A stretch of 64,000 nt of DNA, from positions 41,151 to 105,150 of the IMG/VR virus record IMGVR_UViG_3300027917_000024, one strand, 5' to 3'. Position numbers and translations under genes: made by a program. The DNA comes from a virus. The notes under the pieces were generated by a model. The model searched no databases. It was not told the origin of the DNA and saw only the letters and a program-made list of their open reading frames with translations. This document shows positions 59,201 to 64,000 of this stretch, piece by piece. Position 1 is the first letter of the stretch. Every line of letters begins with the position of its first letter.

Positions 59201-62200
59201 CCTTCTCCTGATAGTTTAGTAAATTCAAGAGCATTACTTTGGATCTCAGGAGTACCCGCTGTTATCCACCACTTCGTAGAATCTGGAGGATCGCCATCAT
59301 CTCCTGTGAAATAATCATTAACAGGTGTACAGAAAGATCGAGAAGATGAACTTGAGCTAGAACTACTACGACTCGAACTGGAACTAGAACTACTACTCGA
59401 TCTCGAACTGGAACTGGAACTAAATGATGATGAGCTTCTACTTGAACTCGATCTGGAGCTCGAAGAAGAAGATCTAGAAGATGAGCTCGAACTGGAATAG
59501 GAGCTCGAACTCGAACTTGAGGAAGAAGATCTAGAAGATGAACTAGAGCTCGAACTAGAGCTGGATCGAGAACTGGAACTGGAGCTGGAACTGGAACTAG
59601 ATCGTGAACTGGAACTACTACTTGAACTGGAGCTGGATCGAGAACTGGAACTACTACTTGAACTTGAACTGGAACTCGATATGGAACTAGAAGAACTTGA
59701 ACTCCATTCTAGATTGTCGCAACCCTCATTAACCGTAAAATTATCTGCTCGCCATGTAGCACCAGGATAATTGGTTTCTCCATTTACTGTAGTGAGCTCA
59801 ATCTGGAAATCGCTATCTGTTGTATGTCCGTAAGTATCTACAAGTTCATTCCATTGACTATTTCTCCAGTAGTAGGCTTTTATGTAATTACCTGTTCTGG
59901 TAAGTCTTAATTTGCCTGTAGTGTCGCTACTAGGATAAATAGCATATGGTTTAGTTGTAAAACCAGACCCACAATTACTTCTTGAATGTGCTTGGTATCG
60001 GTAACCAGCACTATAATACCCATATTCCAATAGTTTGACGTTACAGCCCAGATCAGTCGCATAGGCTGATATTCGTAAGAACCATTGATGAGATGCGGGG
60101 CCGCTTGTAACTTCAAAATCAACCTGAATATCAAAATCACTTGTAAACACGAATTTTGAACGGACAGCATCAGTGGTTCCCAATGCCCCTGATGCTTGAG
60201 TCAATTCTAGAGCGTTGCTTTGTATGTCAGGACTGCCGGAAGTTATAAACCACTTACTAGAATCTGGGGGATCTCCGTTAGATCCTGTGAAGTCATCATC
60301 CACATCAGTACAAGCAGATTTGGATGAAGAACTAGAAGAGGAAGTTGATGAGTAACTTGAACTAGAAGAACTAGAAGTGAACACAGAAGCTGAACTGGAA
60401 CTAGAACTACTACTCGATCTTGAACTCGAACTTGATGATGACAATGATGAACTAGAACTTGATGACGATATTGATAAACTAGAACTAGAACTACTACTTA
60501 AACTTGAACTGCAGCTGGAACTAGAACTACTACTCGATCTGGAACTGGAACTTGAACTTGATGAAGAAGAACTACTACTTGATCTTGAACTGGAACTGGA
60601 ACTTGACGAAGAAGAACTGCTACTTGATCTGGAACTACTTGAAGAACTAGAACTGGATGAACTACTACTCGATCTTGAACTCGAACTAGAACTTATGCTA
60701 GAGCTTGATGAACTAGATGTAAATGCTGAACTGGAACTTAAACTGGAACTAGAACTTGATTGCGAACTAGAGCTAGAACTGGAACTAGATGAAGAGAAAC
60801 TACTACTTGATCTTGAGCTGGAACTGGAGCTAGATGAAGAAGAACTACTACTCGACCTAGAGCTGGAACTGGAACTAGATGATGAGGAACTACTACTCGA
60901 TCTTGAACTCGAACTAGAACTAGACGAGCTAGAACTACTACTCGATTTAGAACTTGAACTGGAACTAGAACTGGAAGAACTACTACTCGATTTAGAACTT
61001 GAACTGGAACTAGAACTGGAAGAACTACTACTCGATCTGGAGCTGGAACTGGAACTAGATGATGAAGAACTGCTACTTGATCTAGAACTGGAACTGGAAC
61101 TTGATGAGGAGGAACTACTGCTTGATCTAGAGGATGAAGAGCTAGAACTAGATTTGGAGCTAGAACTTGAGCTAGAGCTTGAGCTTGAACTAGACCGTGA
61201 ACTCGAACTCGAAGTGAGTGCAGAACTGGAACTGGAACTAGAACTGGAACTAGATCTTGAGCTAGAACTGGAACTGGAACTAGATGAAGAAGAACTACTA
61301 CTTGATCTCGAACTGGAACTAGAACTTGATGAACTAGAACTACTACTTGATGAACTAGAACTAGAACTAGATCTCGAACTGGAACTACTACTTGATCTGG
61401 AACTACTTGAAGAACTAGAACTGGATGAACTACTACTCGATCTGGAACTGGAACTGGAACTTGACGAAGAAGAACTACTACTTGATCTGGAACTACTTGA
61501 AGAACTAGAACTGGATGAACTACTACTTGACCTAAAGCTGGAACTGGAACTGCTACTTGAACACGAAGAGCTAGTAGCAACACTTGAACTGGAACTTGAT
61601 GAACTTGAACTAGAACTAGACTTTGAACTGGAACTGGAACTAGATGAAGAAGAACTACTACTTGATCTCGAACTGGAACTCGAACTTGATTGAGAGCTAG
61701 AACTTGAACTTGATGACGATGAACTATAAGAAGGACAACCAGCATAGAATCTAAAATTATCAAAATCAACAGTTACGGCTGGATCCGCATTCCAACCATC
61801 TACATAAAGACGTACTGTTCCATCTCCACTACCAATAGAGGCCCCACCTACCTCAAGCTCTACCCAATCACCTGTTCTATCTTCATCATAATAACCCCTA
61901 ACAGTACTTGAAGAACGTGTTAATCTAAGGGCACCAACTGTACCTGACCTAGAATCATTATCCTCTATCTCAGAACCACCATTAACATACCCACTTCGCC
62001 AATCAGGATTAGCGAGACTTTGCCACATACGCATCCGAAACAAATGCGTATCGTCTATAGTAAATTGAATTCCAGCCTGCCATCCAGAATTATCTGGTGT
62101 AACTACACCATCTATATCTACCCTTACATCAAAATCACCTGAAACTATTGCCAATAAATCGGCTCTTGGATTATTTTCTCCGCTTGGTTTTACAAATCTA

Positions 62201-63999
62201 GCTTTATTATTTTGTATCTCAATATAACCACTACCAAGACTTTCATCACTCCACTTAGTTTCATCTAAAGGATCTCCATTATCTCCTGTAAAATCATCAT
62301 CACACCAACAAGTACTAAATGAACTAGAAGAACGTGAACTGGAACTTGAGCTTCTGGAACTCGAACTACTTGAGGATCTAGAACTAGAACTTGTACTACT
62401 AGAAGAACTTGAAATAGATAACCCTTCACATCCCTCATTGAATGTAAAGTTATCAAAATCAACGGTTGGCTCTGGGTAATTACTCCAGGCATTGACAGAT
62501 AAAGCTATTCTACCATCACCATCGCCTATATCCCGCCCATTAGGTCCATCTAACTGTGTCCAACCACTTTTTGCACCTTCATCATAAAATACCTTTACCG
62601 TACTTCCACTACGAGTAATCCGCAACCAACCATTATCTAGAGTACGGCTGTCATTATCAGGATATTGAACACCGTCACCATTTCTATATCCAGCTTGCCA
62701 TTTTTTATTATTGAATTCCGCCCACAAAGAAATCCAGTACCAATGATTGCTATCAATATCAAAGCGTAGATATGCTTGCCAACCACTTGCATTAGGAGCA
62801 ACTTGAGCATCTACCTGAATCTCTACATCAAAATCACCTGTAATCCACGGTAGTAGTATAGCTCCTGCTGAATTTCCTGCTCCTCCACTTCCATAAATAC
62901 CACGTAACTTATTCGATTGAATTTCAGCACTACCATTACCCGCACTAATATTTATCCATTTAGTTGGGTCTGGAGGATCTCCATTATCTCCTGTAAAATC
63001 GTCATTGTAACCGCAAGAAAAACTTGAAGATGAGGAACTACTACTCGATCTTGAACTGGAACTTGAACTTAAACTGGAACTTGAACTGGAACTTGAATTT
63101 GAAGAAGAAGAGCTGCTACTTGACCGAGAACTACTAGAACTGGAACTTGAAGATCGAGAGCTAGAACTGGATGAGCTAGATGAAGATGGTCCCTCAGCCG
63201 TACCACCACCAGTAGCTACAGCAAACCAGTCGTAGTATGTATAACAGCTATGATCGTATGCAGAGACCCCTACCCAGCCACTTGAATGTGTTGAGTCTGT
63301 TTCCTCTATTTGCCATCCTGGTTCGTCACCTAAACTTCCTGTCCAACATTTTGCTTTAATATTATCATCAACAACTCGAAATCTTCCCCAATACCAAGTA
63401 TCCTTATCAATTGTTAGGGAATAGCTACCAACTGTAGATGCAGTACCCGAACTCCATTCGTGTACTCGTATTATGTGACTGGTACCATACAGTGTTAGCA
63501 TATAACCTGATATACTATCACCAGAACCAGAACCTCTTATAACAACTCTTGTATTATAATTTGCCTCTGTAGACTGTCGTGCTCTGAATAAAATTTCTGC
63601 GTCTGTTTGATCTCCAACATCATCCCACGACATACCTCTTCTACTGGCAATGGCATCAACATATGCCTCACCAGACATACCGCCATAATCACCATAATCA
63701 TTTGCACCTAACCAATATAGCCCCGGTGCTGTATTCCATCTCGAAGTCCAATCATTTGTTAAAAGATTTTCGTTGTTAGAATATTTACTAAAATCAGTTG
63801 AGTAGTGACCAACAGATGCTGAAGAACTGGAATGTGAGCTAGAACTACTGGAAGATCTAGAGCTGGAGCTGGAACTAGAACTGACAACTAATCCTGAACT
63901 GGAACTAGAACTGGACGAGGAAGAACTGCTACTTGATCTGGAACTGCTACTAGAACTTGAAGAAGAAGAGCTAGAACTAGATCTTGAACTCGAACTAGA
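56245..63999 (-). CDS. giant poly-serine-linked multi-lectin-domain virion protein (5' end outside window, >=2584 aa)
   Basis: The frame is open from 63999 with no stop before the ATG at 63678. Four DDFTG repeats, a DUF2341-like plus LamG/ConA-like region (YRRRIDI..LTNFPVL...WVKVP...YGNP; VWHLDE; FDGIDDWI; FNGILDEVRIS...WIQTEYNNQ) and eight poly-Ser tracts. Confidence 0.85.
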   Translation of the reverse strand, partial: SSSSSRSSSSSSSSSSSSSSRSSSSSSSSSSSSSSGLVVSSSSSSSSRSSSSSSSHSSSSASVGHYSTDFSKYSNNENLLTNDWTSRWNTAPGLYWLGANDYGDYGGMSGEAYVDAIASRRGMSWDDVGDQTDAEILFRARQSTEANYNTRVVIRGSGSGDSISGYMLTLYGTSHIIRVHEWSSGTASTVGSYSLTIDKDTWYWGRFRVVDDNIKAKCWTGSLGDEPGWQIEETDSTHSSGWVGVSAYDHSCYTYYDWFAVATGGGTAEGPSSSSSSSSSSRSSSSSSSSSRSSSSSSSSNSSSSSSSSLSSSSSSRSSSSSSSSSFSCGYNDDFTGDNGDPPDPTKWINISAGNGSAEIQSNKLRGIYGSGGAGNSAGAILLPWITGDFDVEIQVDAQVAPNASGWQAYLRFDIDSNHWYWISLWAEFNNKKWQAGYRNGDGVQYPDNDSRTLDNGWLRITRSGSTVKVFYDEGAKSGWTQLDGPNGRDIGDGDGRIALSVNAWSNYPEPTVDFDNFTFNEGCEGLSISSSSSSTSSSSRSSSSSSSRSSSSSSRSSSSFSTCWCDDDFTGDNGDPLDETKWSDESLGSGYIEIQNNKARFVKPSGENNPRADLLAIVSGDFDVRVDIDGVVTPDNSGWQAGIQFTIDDTHLFRMRMWQSLANPDWRSGYVNGGSEIEDNDSRSGTVGALRLTRSSSTVRGYYDEDRTGDWVELEVGGASIGSGDGTVRLYVDGWNADPAVTVDFDNFRFYAGCPSYSSSSSSSSSSSQSSSSSSSRSSSSSSSSSSSSSSKSSSSSSSSSSSSSVATSSSCSSSSSSSSFRSSSSSSSSSSSSSSRSSSSSSSSSSSSSSRSSSSSSSSSSSSSSRSSSSSSSRSSSSSSSSSSSSSSSSSSSSSRSSSSSSSSSSSSSSSSRSSSSSSSSSSSALTSSSSSRSSSSSSSSSSSSSKSSSSSSSSRSSSSSSSSSSSSSSRSSSSSSSSSSSSSSRSSSSSSSSSSSSSSKSSSSSSSSSSSSSSKSSSSSSSSSSSSSSRSSSSSSSSSSSSSSRSSSSSSSSSSSSSSRSSSSFSSSSSSSSSSSQSSSSSSLSSSSAFTSSSSSSSISSSSSSRSSSSSSSSSSSSSSRSSSSSSSSSSSSSSRSSSSSSSSSSSSSSRSSSSSSSSCSSSLSSSSSSSLSISSSSSSSSLSSSSSSSRSSSSSSSSSASVFTSSSSSSSYSSTSSSSSSSKSACTDVDDDFTGSNGDPPDSSKWFITSGSPDIQSNALELTQASGALGTTDAVRSKFVFTSDFDIQVDFEVTSGPASHQWFLRISAYATDLGCNVKLLEYGYYSAGYRYQAHSRSNCGSGFTTKPYAIYPSSDTTGKLRLTRTGNYIKAYYWRNSQWNELVDTYGHTTDSDFQIELTTVNGETNYPGATWRADNFTVNEGCDNLEWSSSSSSSISSSSSSSSSSSSSRSSSSSSSSSSSRSSSSSSSSSSSRSSSSSSSSSSSRSSSSSSSSSSYSSSSSSSRSSSSSSRSSSSRSSSSFSSSSSSRSSSSSSSSSSRSSSSSSSSSRSFCTPVNDYFTGDDGDPPDSTKWWITAGTPEIQSNALEFTKLSGEGTGTDRVLSKFMFVGNFDIQLDFDMISWSTANQSYVRFGLYDTDLGCNIAYINYGRLNSFWRYFFWYKTSCGAGWSSLNDSYSSIDDPGKLRFVRSGSSVTAYYWRNSQWNSISTRTVTSNRMQIQLDASNAGASYPALTWRADNFIVNEGCENIQWSSSSSSSFSSESSSSFSSSSLSSSSSSRSSSSLSSSSCSSSSSSSSSSTSSSSSSRSSSSSSSSSSSRSSSSSSRSSRSSCSSSSSRSSSSSSSSSSSRSSSSSSSSSSSSSSSSSSRSSSSSSSSSSSSSSSSSSRSSSSSSSSSSSSSSSSSSWSSSSSSSSSSSRSSSSSSSSSSSRSSSSSSSSSSSRSSSSSSRSSSSSSRSSSSRSSSSSSSSSSSQSSSSSSSSSSSRSSSSSSSSSSSRSSSSSSSSSKSSSCSSSSSSYSTGGWEFEGWCYRRRIDINQDLVEADLTNFPVLIHLQNDTNLYDHARDDGYDIIFASRTGVQLDHEIQKFEKDGGSGEAELVAWVKVPEVHADSATIIWILYGNPTQAIPTGTSDTWDNNFTRVWHLDEQANGTAGEYADSSGNAVSGTGGGGVASRTPSRTDGKISYAQLFDGIDDWIQVLDTDDLTEYTITAWVRANDITSTSILLRTNNLGSVFSTQLRITANSKFEHYIRTTEPADEVATGTTTIQTGPDPDTWYYVAACHEDNSQISIHVNGVREDIEVVQEISIVTDRWRFGRSGNGFGYFNGILDEVRISNTVRSIEWIQTEYNNQVDTVIGDDKFIKSISDEEWLCSSSSSSRSSSSSSRSSSSSSSSSSSSFSSSSSSSSSRSSSSSSSSSRSSSSRSSSSSSSSSASLAGIVLIGDLTIYWLESCSSSSSCSSSSISLEVAEQLTGIRAIVPERGTVKVRIVFKDMDGNTIKPDSASYILYDKFTGNIRQEGNITPIQTAVYLELTSDANLIYNQNNRYEIAVLQVTYIYSGRTARMTAQYKIKNLAKVT

Positions 64000-64000
64000 A
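56585..64000 (-). repeat. poly-serine-coding low-complexity tracts (AGT-TCN hexamer arrays)
   Basis: Tracts at about 63820-64000, 63015-63190, 62310-62420, 60315-61725, 59335-59705, 57930-58730, 56680-56870 and 56585-56630. The + strand reads (GAACTN)n. Confidence 0.95.

Noticed and set aside
60377-61693. 438-aa (Glu-Leu)n ORF on the + strand
   Set aside because: It is the antisense shadow of the AGT-TCN poly-Ser codons. It is confined to the repeat tract, lies against the direction of the whole operon and has no RBS.
57930-61725. Periodic repeats resembling a CRISPR array
   Set aside because: There are no constant repeats with unique spacers, variation is at codon third positions within a coding frame, and no cas genes are present.
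57846-61769. Val/Leu/Pro-rich ORFs 57846-58757 and 60738-61769 (also 56658-56882) on the - strand
   Set aside because: These are alternative-frame readings of the same hexamer repeats. The Ser frame is the one continuous with the folded domains.

Overview
This 64 kb window is part of a large tailed dsDNA bacteriophage with siphovirus-type tail genes, using the standard genetic code, AGGAGG-type RBSs and at least one sigma70-type promoter. It has two convergent arms. The + arm (1-16.5 kb) covers replication and recombination: a UDG-fused family A DNA polymerase with a mini-intein, UvsY-like, gp32-like SSB, RecA, SbcD/SbcC, a HAD nucleotidase, a RuvC-like resolvase, a SAM methyltransferase, and a GT9 glycosyltransferase bracketed by two repeat-bearing HNH endonucleases. 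The - arm (16.5-64 kb) covers morphogenesis: tail fibres, a 2778-aa tail tip protein, two NlpC/P60 paralogs, gpL/Dit-like genes, a 3936-aa tape measure, frameshifted tail chaperones, tail tube, terminator and neck genes. The most striking feature sits in the neck module. A >=2584-aa protein of lectin-like domains strung on roughly 1,000 residues of poly-serine lies next to three glycosyltransferases, and two or three other virion genes carry poly-Ser tags. This suggests a phage-encoded, mucin/SRRP-like virion glycosylation system. Other highlights are an ORF-less group I intron in one glycosyltransferase, whose in-frame 3' splice site appears to fall after A rather than G, and an apparently circularly permuted gp32-like SSB. 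All family assignments come from motif recognition by eye; no database searches were run.
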